A DNA stretch of 64,000 bases, taken from NCBI GenBank assembly GCA_964016885.1, contig CAXHJY010000593.1, positions 154,112 to 218,111 on the forward strand, given 5' to 3'. Below, one piece after another: positions 37,077 to 48,614 of this stretch. The stretch's first letter is position 1. Each line of letters opens with the position of its first letter. The DNA is from Eledone cirrhosa (taxonomy: Eukaryota). The translations under genes and the position numbers were made by a program. The notes below the pieces were generated by a model. The model saw only the letters and a program-made list of their open reading frames with translations. It had not been told where the DNA came from and made no database searches.

Positions 37077-37264
37077 TATAATTGTTTCTACTTTTGGCAC
37101 AAGGCCAGCAAATACCCAGTGTATTACTGGTACTTTATTTTATCGACCCCCGTAAGGATGAAAGGCAAAGTTAACCTCGGCGGGATTTGAACTCAGAATG
37201 GCAAGGGCCGTAACTCTATGTGTCAAAGCATGTCGTCCGACCCTCTACCGATACTGCCAATCCA
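37077..37264 (-). mobile_element. SINE family B, young full copy
   Basis: Minus strand TGGCAGTATCGG A box, GAGTTCAAATCCCGCC B box, central CTTTCATCCTTACGGGGGTCGATAAAATAAAGTACC, tail GGCCTTGTGCCAAAAGTAGAAACAATT. Confidence 0.92.
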
Positions 37265-38049
37265 CAATGTTCAGTTAACTGTGATGGCTGCAGACTCCAC
37301 CATGTCCTCCTCCCGCCCACACACATATCAAACGTAAGTAAATTAAAACTAAAGACTGCAACAAAAGGCTTAATTTCTGTTGTAAGTTAATTGCTACTTA
37401 TCTGTCACTGAAGACTTTTGTACTTAAAAGAAGGTCATGCAAGGTCATCTCTGAGTGACTCACTCATTGAGCTGCTATGATATTATATTGTTCAGTACTT
37501 TTAAACTATCTATTCACCTACTCTTTCTGTTTTTTTTTTGTTTATTTGTTTTTTGTTGTTTTTTTTTTGTTTTTTTTTTTCTTTTTGTAGTCTTGCAGAT
37601 GCACTCTCCACCACCTGCTGCTACAATAACTCCCCTACTGTCACTATATATGTGTGTTTGTGTGAGATATATAAAATCAATGTTGATTTTTATATATATA
37701 TATATCAGCATTGGTTTTATATATCTCACACAAATATAATAATACAAGGGTGATTTGTTAAGCCTTCGTTACGTTTATTGATTGGTGACATACGTTTAGC
37801 TATTGATCAGCTCAAGGTCCAATCTGTATCGATCTGGCCCGACTCTGGAATCAAAACCTCGTCGGACCTCTGTTGTAGTACACTCCTTGTATATATATAT
37901 ATAGTGCGAGGGCAGTACAAAGTCCGGTGATCCTAAGGTTGGTAAATCCTTGGTAGTCCATTATCCACGTAATTATCCAGGTTCATAAGGCAGGTGGGTC
38001 GTGTAAGTGTGGAAAAATAGTTCATAAATGAAACAAACAGGAGGCAAAA

Positions 38050-38392
38050 TTGCCTCCTGTGACGCAGTAATACAGAAGATCCGACCCCCTACGAGTACAA
38101 GCATATAGACAATATGCCCCCACACCCTCCCACTGCAAAGTGGTCATGGAGGTGCCATGGCAAAAAAGCACCCAGCCCACACTGTAAAGTGGACATGTAG
38201 GCGCCATGGAAAAAAAGCACCCAGCACTCACTGTAAATGAGGTTGGTGTTAGGAAGGGCATCCAACTGTAGCCAGAATCAGTTCCCATATGAGCAAGACA
38301 AGGTCAGCCGACCGGGCACTGCCCACAACAGGACAACCCGTCTAACCCATGCTAGCGTAGAAGAACGGACGTAAAACGGTGATGATGATGAT
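38050..38392 (+). mobile_element. young RTE LINE 3' end
   Basis: Closely matches 14020-14371 including the (GAT)n tail. Confidence 0.93.
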
Positions 38393-38410
38393 AATATATA
38401 TATATATATA

Positions 38411-38484
38411 TACAGGGTGTCCTGTATACACACTTTGATTAGAATGCTTTTGAAGTGTGTATACATTTTTGAGAGGCACCCTTG
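38411..38484. mobile_element. tiny mariner-type MITE or hairpin
   Basis: TACAGGGTGTCC ... GGCACCCT ends; internal inverted GTATACACACTT / AAGTGTGTATAC. Confidence 0.5.
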
Positions 38485-38504
38485 TTAGTCAAACGATAAG
38501 CTCC

Positions 38505-38720
38505 CAGATCTCATTCACATAACAGTGGTGTGGAGCTTGTCAAATTGAACAGAGGAAATAATGTTTCCATTGGTCTTTCCAATTGCTAATACTATCTGTT
38601 GGTCGCAAATCCAGGCAGAAGGAGCAACATAAAATAAAGTGTCATGCTCAAGCCCAGTCCGGGAATCGAAACCACAACCTCATGATTGCGAATTCAATTC
38701 GCTAATCACTCAGCCACTTC
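38505..38720 (-). mobile_element. tRNA/CORE-like SINE, tail type A3
   Basis: Same head as A1/A2 but with tail TGTTTCCATTGGTCTTTCCAATTGCTAATACTATCT (plus-strand reading); copies at 58660 and 62790. Confidence 0.8.
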
Positions 38721-38722
38721 AT

Positions 38723-39056
38723 ATCATCATCATCATCATTTCATTTCCACTTTCCCCTGCTTGCAAGGGTGGGACGGGAACTGATTCTGGGTTGATTTCT
38801 ACAGCTGGATGCCCTTCCTAACACCAACCTCATTTACAGTGAGTGCTGGGTGCTTTTTTGCCATGGCACCTCCACGACCACTTTGCAGTGGAATAATATG
38901 GACCCCAGTCCCTATCATCTCATTTCTACAGCTGAGTAAACTGGAGCAATGTGAAATAAAGTGTCTTGCTCAAGGAAACAACACATCACCCAGTCTGAGA
39001 ATTGAACTCACAACCTTTCGATTGCAAGGCCAATGCTCTAACCACTAAGCCATGTG

Positions 39057-39060
<4 letters not shown>
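38723..39060 (-). mobile_element. young SINE type A1
   Basis: Near-identical to 12065-12406. Confidence 0.92.

Positions 39061-39133
<73 letters not shown>
39058..39133. repeat. compound (CT)n(AT)n microsatellite
   Basis: Direct inspection. Confidence 0.95.
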
Positions 39134-39637
39134 GAAGGTAATTGCATTGTGTGTGGTGACACAGTACTTATGTATCCCATCACCATTCTGCTTTTTTTTT
39201 TTTTTTTTATTCTTTTTCTTATGTACTCATATATTGTCACACAAAGACAGACAGTTACTAAGTGCAGAAACATCACACTTTGTTAGGTATATAATGATAA
39301 TTACATGGGTGAAACAAAATGTTACTATACCTTGTCACTATATGTGTGTATGTGTGCGTTGTTAGTATATTGGTGTGGTTGAGTGCTTAAGTATTCGTTC
39401 ACCTCATCATCCTTTGCTAAATATGTAAATATTATGTATGATAAAGTGTTTATATAGCATGTTACCGCTTCACTAAATGCTCAAATGTTGTTACAAGTAT
39501 GATTAATCAATGTCTTGTGTATTACACTATTTGATTTCATCCTAGTAAATAAACAATATATGTCAGATACATTTTTATTTTTTAAATTACCACACAACTC
39601 CTTTGCTAGCTAGTTATAGATTTTGTTACACTATTAT

Positions 39638-40114
39638 AAGGGGCAGTGGAAGCAGTTCTGAATTGTTGGAGTGAGGGTGGGGGGAATTTGGTCAATTTAG
39701 TTGTAGTGATTAGTTTAGCTCTTTGCACTCTAAAATGATCAGAAAATGCAATTTGAGTCCAAGCAGGTCATATTACATTTACAGCTTTCAATAATTATAA
39801 ATATAAAGGGATTATCGCAAAATGACCTATGAAATATGTCTCTGAATACACATACTAGCAATTGGCAAATAGTGATATGTGTAGAAAAAGTTATGACATG
39901 ACAAAAAAATTTGCTATGAAGTTTAACATGAAATATTACACTGTTATTATCAAATATCAACCAAGATATAAAAAACTTTGATATGCGATAAACATAACAT
40001 GTACATAAATTGTAGCGCATATACAAATAGATGTGTGTTTTGGTAGTTTGGGGGAGAAAAATATAATTATTGGAGGGGTGTGTGGCATCCACACCCCAGT
40101 TCCATCACCCCCTG
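39638..40114. mobile_element. TIR element (hAT-like CAGGGG ends) flanked by ~93-bp direct repeats
   Basis: AAGGGGCAGTGGAAGC ... GTTCCATCACCCCCTG; direct repeats at 39543-39635 and 40115-40207. Confidence 0.65.
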
Positions 40115-40384
40115 TAGTAAATAAACAATATATATCAGATACGTTTTTATTTTTTTAATTATCACACAACCCCTTTGCTAGTTAGTTATGTATTTTGTTA
40201 CATTATTTGTTAGATACATTAATGCTGTCATGTACAAAGTACTTGCTTTTCTCTACAAAATACTAAATTTACATGTCTAGATAGTCGAGATAACTAAATA
40301 CTGTATGAATATTTATGAGATACATGGATACTCTTACAGACTAATTTTTAAAGACCCTAATGAATTGTGTTCTGAAAGAAAGCA

Positions 40385-40510
40385 CTCTTGGGTCTCGATT
40401 AATTGCCCCCCCCCCCCCCCCCCCCGCGCTTATTAATTTTTCAAACTCTTCCCCCTCCTCCAAAGGGGAGAAAAAAAACACGTGCATATTCAGTGGGCCA
40501 TCTTGGAGTA
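40385..40510 (+). mobile_element. truncated M1-related MITE
   Basis: ACTCTTGGGTCTCGATTAATTGCCCC..GCTTATTAATTTTTCA start like M1; ends GAGTA. Confidence 0.5.
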
Positions 40511-41569
40511 CAAAAACATAAAAGTATTCAATACAGTGTTGTTGGAAGTGTACAGTATAATGTTTTGAATTGCCAATACTTATATAAATGTTTCTGTGCC
40601 AATACCTATATAAATGTTTCTGATGATTTACACTGCTCTGACTCATCTTGTTACTTTCAAGTCTGTTGACATGTATGATCAGCTGACCAGATGAAACTCT
40701 GCTTTCTCTTATGTCATTTCAGTTTATCTGACAGAAATTACTACAGGCACACATCAATAGAGTTTTGAACTCACAATTATCATGTTGTAGCTTTCATTCC
40801 TGCAATGGGTAGTACATTGTATTCTTGAGCAAGACTTTTTGTTTCATGCTGCTTTTCATAGCCCCTGTCATTAAAACACCAAGAAACCTCCTATGAGATT
40901 CAACGGCATAGGAGGCTAACAAAACCTGCATAAATGTGGTCTGTAAGTTTCATTTCAATTTCATTTCACTTTACTTAATATGAATATTTACATCTTTGTA
41001 CTAGCCATCTACATCTATGTTAGGTGCGTGTATGCAGTGTGCATTTATAATTATATGTTTTTTCATGCCAAACTTATGTTAGGCTTAACTCAAATCTATG
41101 TTAGGTTTTCACTTATATCATCATCATTGTATCATATGTCTTATTAGAATCTAATATTTATTACAAATATTATTTATTCATTAAAACAAAAGTTTGATGC
41201 AGATCACAGTAATGGTCACTATTCTTATAATCAATCAGAATTAGTTAATCAAAGGAAAATTGTTGCTGTGTAAAAAGTGTGTGTAATTTTTTTTTTTTCA
41301 TGTGTTATAAAAAGAATAGATTATTTTGCTGAATGATTAAGGATAACAGTATATTAACCACTTTTAAAAAGTCAAATCTTGAGAAAGACTATTTTGAATC
41401 AAGTGAACATTCATACATTGATTATATGAAGCTGCCATATCAATTGCACAGTACAAGATGTTTGAGTTAAAATCTGTACTTTTGCCTTTTTATCTTTGTA
41501 TGGTTTGATCTAGAAGAGACTGGTGTGATAGCAGTTGGTGTTCTTTTGGATCAGCTGCTAGCTAGCTGA

Positions 41570-42000
41570 TAGTTGCAGGGAAAGCAGGCAGCCCATCTGA
41601 GGAAGGAGCCCTGCAAGGTTGGGTGGCTGTTGCAGCGGGTATCACTGGCCATTGTCTGCGGGAATGCTTTTGCGGTCTTGTTCGCGGCGTGCAATCCAAT
41701 ACCGCTGTGCCTTTCCCTTCCTCCTCCCATTCTTCTGAGAGCCTACAGCCCTTGCCTTTCCATTTCTCTTCCGTTTTCATAACCACAAAAGACACTTGCA
41801 TTTTGATGAAAAAGAACTGAAAAAGATAGTTGATGTAGGGTTTGAGGGTGATAGATATAGTATGGGTCATAAGTAAGTCAAGTTAGCTTGAGTAGCATGA
41901 TATCAGCCAGCTCCCAATAGAGGAAACCACTGTAATGGCAGTTGTAAAAGTATTGTAATGAGACACTACTTCATCTGTGGGCCAGATGCTAGAAAGTGTT
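41570..42000 (-). mobile_element. Zenon/CR1-like LINE 3' end with GC-rich 3'UTR (family E)
   Basis: Minus translation LAHR*SSV..QYFYNCHYSG..ELADIM..YINYLFQFFF followed by the family-E UTR (GCAGACAATGGCCAG..CAACCTTGCAGGGCTCCTTCC..GGGCTGCCTGC). Confidence 0.65.
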
Positions 42001-42539
42001 AGTGTTTTAATAACATATTGTGCTCAACCTTCACCAGGAAAATTTGTATGTATTACTCAGTTAATTTAGATTTTCCCTCTTGAAAAATAGAACTATGTTC
42101 CAGGCAACATTGCTCCTAGAATCATTATTAAGAGATATAGGAATATTACTATTGATAATTCTTCATGCTTTAGTGAAAAAATAAATAATTTACAGCCCAA
42201 CAGAGTTTATATCACTTGTATATGAAAATATATGAATAAATGAACATTGTCTAATAAACTATATCATCAGTACATCTTATAGTGCACTGATGATAGAGAA
42301 AATTGTTTTCATAAATGACTATAAATTTGTCTGTTGAGAAAAGCCACTTTCTTTTGATTGAAAACTGAAGAAATATAGTAAAATAAATCAGTTTTAAGAC
42401 ACAAGCACTTCTTGAGGTTTGATTTAGCTCTGGTTTCATAATATGAAGAAGATAAATCATAAATTTCTTACTAGATAGAACACCAGTCTTTTGCAAGTAA
42501 CTGGTATTCTTAACATCGAGGTGAAATTAGATAATATAA

Positions 42540-42716
42540 AATAATTGTTTCTACTTTTGGCACAAGGCCAGCAATTACGCAGTGTATTACTGGTACTTTA
42601 TTTTATTGAGACCCCGTAAGGATGAAAGGCAAAGTTAACCTTTGCAGGATTTGAACTCAAAATGGCAAGGGCCATAACTCAAAGCATGGCGTCCGACCCT
42701 CTACCGATACTGCCGC
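42540..42716 (-). mobile_element. SINE family B
   Basis: Matches 37077-37264. Confidence 0.9.
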
Positions 42717-42978
42717 TCTCACCAGAAACACAATGAATCATCAGCAACTGATCAGATCTCACAGCGTATAAGTCCAATACTTTATCTACTTAGCTATCTC
42801 ATATGTACACAGAAGTCATGTGATAAAGTATTTATGCATCTTTTCTCATTTAGAAATGAATTGTATAGTTTTGTACCGCCTTAATTTTGTGTAATATTTT
42901 AGTACTTCTAACAAAATAGAGGTACTAAAACTGCAACTGCTTTTACTGTAAAACTAGATATTTTACTGTATAACTAGA

Positions 42979-43341
42979 TATTCTCGGGTCTCATAATAAG
43001 TGGAGGATGGGGTGGAATAAGCGGAGGTGGGGGTGAAAATCGGTAACTTTTCTAGGTTGTCTGTTGATTTTATTAAAAACCAGAATTAGTAGTTTAGTTT
43101 ACATATTGAGACCCCAATCCATCTTATTTATTTTATGACATATGAGATTTCTAATAATGTACTTTTTTTGTCATGTATAATATTTTTTTAATGTCTAAAG
43201 AAAATTAATTGTTGCAGGAATGCAACCACTTAAAATAAAATTTGGCTGGAGATAGATTAGCAAAATTTAATAAGCGGGGTGGTTTAGAAAAATCTGAAAA
43301 ATTAATAAGAGGGTGGGGGCAATTATTCAAGGCCTGTGAGA
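42979..43341 (-). mobile_element. MITE family M1 copy
   Basis: Reverse complement of the 1068-1416 body (GAGATAGATTAGCAAAATTTAATAAGC). Confidence 0.85.
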
Positions 43342-43779
43342 AATTAAAAGTAGAATCTATTTAGATGTTGAGAAACTTAATTTTTTGTATGGTTAGTACA
43401 ATCTTTGCACTCTATAGCTATATGTATGTTTCAATTATTGTTATATAAGCATTATCCTCAAACAATATCGACTCATTCAAATTCATATCTGCCAATAGCA
43501 ACACTTATAATGGTATCTTGCCATATTGTAGTCCTTCTGTATAAATCTTACACTTGATGATTGGAAGAAACTTTGAACTATTTGACTTGTTTCAGCTGTC
43601 TTCTGTTGAATGTGACATTTTCAAGCACCAAAGGCTGATTTTTGTTTTTAAATGGTTTAGATCCAATGATCTAAAACTGGTAGAAGTTATAAAGACTGCA
43701 AGGAGATAAACACTACCTATTTACTATCACATGTTCACGGTAAAGGCTTTATCTCACATAATTATCTCACATAATATCA

Positions 43780-43918
43780 AATCTATGAGATTTTGATATT
43801 ATTTACTTTGAGAACAATACCTTAACATCAGTATGAGTAGCAAATTACAGCCAGTTTGAACAGAAAGAGGTGAGAGAATTCTGGCCAGTTTCGGCCAGTT
43901 TAAATGCTCAAGGGTTAA
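43780..43918. mobile_element. piggyBac-type MITE terminus (second family)
   Basis: Ends CTGGCCAGTTTCGGCCAGTTTAAATGCTCAAGGG-TTAA; the other end was not found. Confidence 0.5.
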
Positions 43919-44464
43919 TACATCCATACTCATAACATGCTAGTCAAGGGAAAATATTGTTTATAACTGTATAGAGGAGACAATAAAATGAGGAATGTTG
44001 TAGATTAAGTAATAATTTCAGAAGAATCAAATTTGTCATAGTCAAAATTGAGGTTAAAGTGTGATATTACATACAAACTGGATTAGGACAGTTTGTCACC
44101 ACCATCATTATTTTATAGCAGCTTTATTATGCTGGCATGGGTTGGGATAGAATATTGAAAGATTTCAATATCAACATTGTAAACATACAAACGTCTGTGT
44201 GTTTGCATAGCGATGCATATATTATTGAAAGCAGCAGTTTCTTTATTAGTTGATGTATGTAGATTATTAGGGCTTGCCAAACAAATATTTGAAGGTTTTA
44301 CTATGCTAATGAGGATAATTTTTTTTTTAATATATGTCATCCTTCACAAAAATAGATTAAATCTTATATTTTACTTTAAATGTACTCTTAATAAAGCCAG
44401 AAATAATTGTAAATAATATATTTTAAGCTGCAAGAAATCAGTTTTTGTAGATAACTTGTCAATG

Positions 44465-44728
44465 TACTCTTGGGTCCCAAATAATAGGGCGGGGAATCGG
44501 TAATTTTTCAGGCTGTCTCTGTTGATTTTTTAAAAAACCAGAATTATTGAGACGCCCAAACCATTGTATTTATTTCATAACATATGGAATTTCTAGTAAT
44601 GTTTTTTTAATGTATAAAGAAAATTTTTTTAAATTTCACCGGAGATAGATTAGCAAAATGTAATATGGAGGGGGACTGAAAAATCAATAAGTGAAGGGGG
44701 AGGGGTAATTATTTGAGATCAAAGAGTA
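44465..44728 (-). mobile_element. MITE family M1 copy (internally deleted)
   Basis: TA-CTCTTGGGTCCCAAATAAT ... ATTATTTGAGATCAAAGAG-TA. Confidence 0.85.
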
Positions 44729-44872
44729 TGTGAGGAGGTGTAAAACATCCTAATAGTTGGAAATAGTAATTCTTTTTATATTTTGATATTTTCACCATAC
44801 AAATTCTACATCTTCATATTTGTTTCAGAAAACCTTAATGTGCATATACCATAATTTGTCATACTTTCTCCT

Positions 44873-45010
44873 GTGGTGGGTGTTGCTGGCCATTGTCTGC
44901 AGAAATGCATTTGCCATTTTGACCGTGTAGTACAGCCAAAACGCCCCTCTCACCTCAGGTGTAGAGTCTATCAGCCCTCTCTCCTTTCCACTTTCTTTCT
45001 TCCTTTGCCT
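44873..45010 (-). mobile_element. family E repeat
   Basis: CTGGCCATTGTCTGCAGAAATGCATTTGCCATTTTG shared with 41645 and, inverted, with 34680. Confidence 0.7.
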
Positions 45011-45675
45011 AATTGTCCTTATATTTATAGTCCTTTCCAGTGCTGCTTTCTTTTTCTGTATGTTTGACCAATTTATAGATAGCTATATCAACAAAAAAAA
45101 AAAGAAAAAAATATGACTATGGAATGTAGATAAACCTAAATCACGAGATACTTTTCATAAAGAAACTCATAGACTACATTTTTTATTTTGTTCTATAAAT
45201 CTAGTCATCTCTCTCTTATGGATACTACAATCATTTGCATATTACAAAAAAGTTAGAAAAAGTATAAGTAACAACAATAAAAAGAAAAAAAAGACCATCA
45301 CATTCAATTATGTAAGGATTGTAAACATATTCAAGTGTTAAGCTAACAACTTTGAATTGGCTACAAGTGTCTCTATGTACTGACTGATATTAAGATAAAG
45401 TCTGGCTTGTGTGTGTTATGAGATAGTATGAATGATTACAATAGAAACTGCTCAAAATTCTCTACAATGTAAAGACCTTCAGAATATCCGTGTTCTATAC
45501 AGATTTTGTATAAAATCTGTATTATAGACAGATTCAGGGCATTAACTTCTTAGCATTCTTGAGACTTACAAAACATTTTTGTCATTAATAAATACTGATT
45601 ATTAATCACAATATTACTATGGGAAATTATAAAAAATAGCAGTAAAAAATTCTCAACGGAATTATATATATATAT

Positions 45676-46026
45676 GGAGGCACATGGCTTAGTGGTTAGA
45701 GCATTGGCCTTGCAATCGAAAGGTTGTGAGTTCAATTCTCAGACTGGGTGATGTGTTGTTTCCTTGAGCAAGACACTTTATTTCACATTGCTCCAGTTTA
45801 CTCAGCTGTAGAAATGAGATGATAAGGACTGGGGTCCCTATCATTCCACTGCAAAGTGGTCGTTGAGGTGCCACGGCAAAAAAGCACCCAGCACTCACTG
45901 TAAATGAGGTTGGTGTTAGGAAGGGCATCCAGCTGTAGAATTCAAGCCAGATTCAGTTCCCGTCCCACCCTTGCAAGCAGAGAAAAAGCGGACGTAAAAT
46001 GAAATGATGATGATGATAATGATGAT
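45676..46026 (+). mobile_element. young SINE type A1
   Basis: GGAGGCACATGGCTTAGTGGTTAGAGCATTGGCCTTGCAATCGAAAGGTTGTGAGTTCAATTCTC tRNA-like head, CORE-like block, RTE tail, (ATG)n end. Confidence 0.93.
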
Positions 46027-46030
46027 ACAT

Positions 46031-46405
46031 ATCATCATCACTGTTTTACGTCCATTCTTCCACGCTAGCATGGGTTAGACGATTTGTCCTGTTGTGGGCA
46101 GTGCCCAGTCAGCTGACCTTGTCTTGCTCATACGGGAACTGATTTTGGCTTGATTTCTACAGTTGGATGCCCTTCCTAACATCAACCTCATTTACAGTGA
46201 GTGCTGGGTGCTTTTTTTCCATGGTGCCTACACAACCACTTTACAGTGTGGGCTGGGTGTTTTTTTGCCGTGGCACCTCCACGACCATTTTGCAGTGGAA
46301 GGGGGCGGGGGCATATTATCAATATGCTTCAGCTTCGGCTTGTACCCATGGGAAGTCGGGTCTTCTGTATTACTGTGTGATGCTAGAGGTCACAGTCCTG
46401 TGTCA
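46031..46405 (-). mobile_element. young RTE LINE 3' end
   Basis: Reverse complement of 14010-14371. Confidence 0.93.
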
Positions 46406-46559
46406 AATGATATATATATATATCATTTATCTTAATATTTTTAAAAAAAAACATTTTTTAAGGTTTCCCCTTTAACAACAAAAAAAAATTCTTTTTCATC
46501 TGCCTTGTTTTTCATTTGTTTCCTTCTGTTTGTTATTTATCCTAATTTAATTATATATA

Positions 46560-46900
46560 CAGTTGTCCCCCCGGGTTACATTCCTAAAGCACCCGCGAAG
46601 AGTGTAAAACCGCGAATATTGGATGTGGTCCATAAAAATGCCTATAAACGTCAAAATATAATTTTAAAAAAACAGGCAGCATCTTATGCAAAGGACGTCT
46701 TATAGGCTGGCAAATACGATATATTGTTATTAATAATTTAGCATTAAAAAATTATATATTGCCATAAAAAAAGCCATTAAAAAAATTGCAGAAGATATTT
46801 ACGATTCCGCCAATATGTAGTTAGGTTCTGAACAATTATTAGTTAGGTTCTAAAAAAAATTCTGCGAATAACTGGGATCACAAATGCCAGGGGTACACTG
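46560..46900. mobile_element. Tigger/pogo-type MITE in a TA tract
   Basis: TA-CAGTTGTCCCCC ... GGGGTACACTG ends; CCGCGAA subterminal motifs. Confidence 0.7.
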
Positions 46901-46978
46901 CATATATATATATATATATGATATATTATATATTTGTGAACAATATACAAGGATATATCAATTGAGAAACAAACTAGC

Positions 46979-47015
<37 letters not shown>

Positions 47016-47212
47016 CAAATGACATGTAGATTAAAAAAAAAATTTAAAGTCATACACATAGGTGTTAGAATAAAACAATACTCACATAAAGATTGTTATA
47101 CTTAAATGACCACACTTCCATAGATGGATGGAATATTATATTATTGATGCTCTGAACAGATGTTTATTGAGCTTTTTACTCAGAAACATTATCAATATAT
47201 ATTTTATTTGTA

Positions 47213-47418
47213 TTGTCACGACAAAAAGCACCCAGTACTCACTGGAAATGAAGTTGGCATTAGGAAGGTCATCCAGCAGTAGAAACGAAGCCAACATTAG
47301 TTCTGTATGAGCGAGACATGGTCACCTGACCTGGCATTGCCCACAACAGGAAAACTCATCTAACCCCATGCTAGCATGGAAAAATGGACGTAAAACTGTG
47401 ATGATGATGATGATGATT
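47213..47418 (+). mobile_element. RTE LINE 3'UTR fragment
   Basis: Matches 18405-18610 and ends in (GAT)n. Confidence 0.88.
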
Positions 47419-47518
47419 ATTATTAAATCTAAAATTAACTTATTTTTATATATAGGTGTGTGTATTTTTTTTGTTTTTTTTGCAAGATTGTTGGTGTGAA
47501 ATTGTATGTAAAAACAGA

Positions 47519-47998
47519 TATTGTTATATTTGAGGATGGTTATGTCGCCAGTATTGCCAATAAAACACACATGCACTATTTGATTTTCACTTCAGCTTTA
47601 TTATTAGTTAGCTCATCAAAGTTATTTCATTTATTCTATCTTGTATTTCTCTGTCTGTGCATGTGTTTGTATCTACACCAGTGCACGTAAGATAGAGAAG
47701 AACCACAGGAAGACACAAACAGAGAAATATACAAATGCACACACATGACACACACACATAGGTGCAGACGCAAACGCATGTGCACACAAGGAAACATACC
47801 ACAGAAAGACAAGATGGAGTAAACAAAATAATACCAAAACAAAGAGGAGGCACAGAGGAAAGCAATTAGTCATTGAGGGGGTCACAGAATGTGTGACGAA
47901 AGAACATTGATGAACTAACTAATAATAAAGCTGAAGTGAAAATCAAATAGTGTGTGTGTCTTTTATTGGCAACATGATCATCCTAAAATATAACAATA
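47519..47998. mobile_element. MITE with ~100-bp TIRs
   Basis: TATTGTTATATTTGAGGATG..CACTATTTGATTTTCACTTCAGCTTTATTATTAGTTAG (47519-47628) inverted at 47898-47998; TA ends. Confidence 0.85.
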
Positions 47999-48230
47999 CA
48001 TATGAATGATTTCGCTTTTCAAATTTACTTCTAGGAGTTACCCTTTGTGGTAATGTTTTTTCGTAAACTATAGCTTTTAGCATGTATTACTTTTAACAGT
48101 ATCTTATAAACTCATATAAATGCCTGAAGATAGGCCACTATTATTCTCCCTCTTGTATTCTGGCAGTGTGGTCAATAATTGGGCCTTGAAACCTTGGGTA
48201 GAATTTTTGTTCTATGTCTGAACATTAATA

Positions 48231-48411
48231 AATAATTGTTTCTACTTTTGGCACAAGGCCATCAATTACCCAGTGCATAACTGGTACTTTATTTTATCGA
48301 CCCCGTAAGGATGAAAGGCAAAGTTAACCTCGGTGGGATTCGAACTCAGACCGCAAAGGGACATAACTATGCTGGAAAGCATGGCGTCCGACCCTCTACC
48401 GATACTGCCAA
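48231..48411 (-). mobile_element. SINE family B
   Basis: Matches 37077-37264. Confidence 0.92.
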
Positions 48412-48423
48412 TAATAAATAATA

Positions 48424-48583
48424 CTAGCAGAATGCTTGGGATTTGCTCGGGATTTGCTCTAGGGTTCTTATATATTTTATATATATTTATCCTTATCGAG
48501 CCTCGTGAAGTAAATACGTTTGTTTATATTTTGTTATTGTGTATGCAAAAATATCTGTACACGAATATATAATTATATAATTA

Positions 48584-48614
<31 letters not shown>

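Noticed and set aside
38809-39048. Multi-copy small protein family (MPFLTPTSFTVSAGCFF.., also 12196, 45689 and 46167)
   Set aside because: Antisense translations of young SINE/RTE tails.
41640-41710. HDV-like ribozyme in the GC-rich family E repeat
   Set aside because: I could not build P1/P3/P1.1 consistently across the four copies; linkage to a CR1/Zenon-like C-terminus explains it as a LINE 3'UTR.
45676-45750. tRNA gene
   Set aside because: A and B boxes are present, but the acceptor stem is poor and the sequence continues into a CORE-like body and LINE tail in several dispersed copies, so it is a SINE head.
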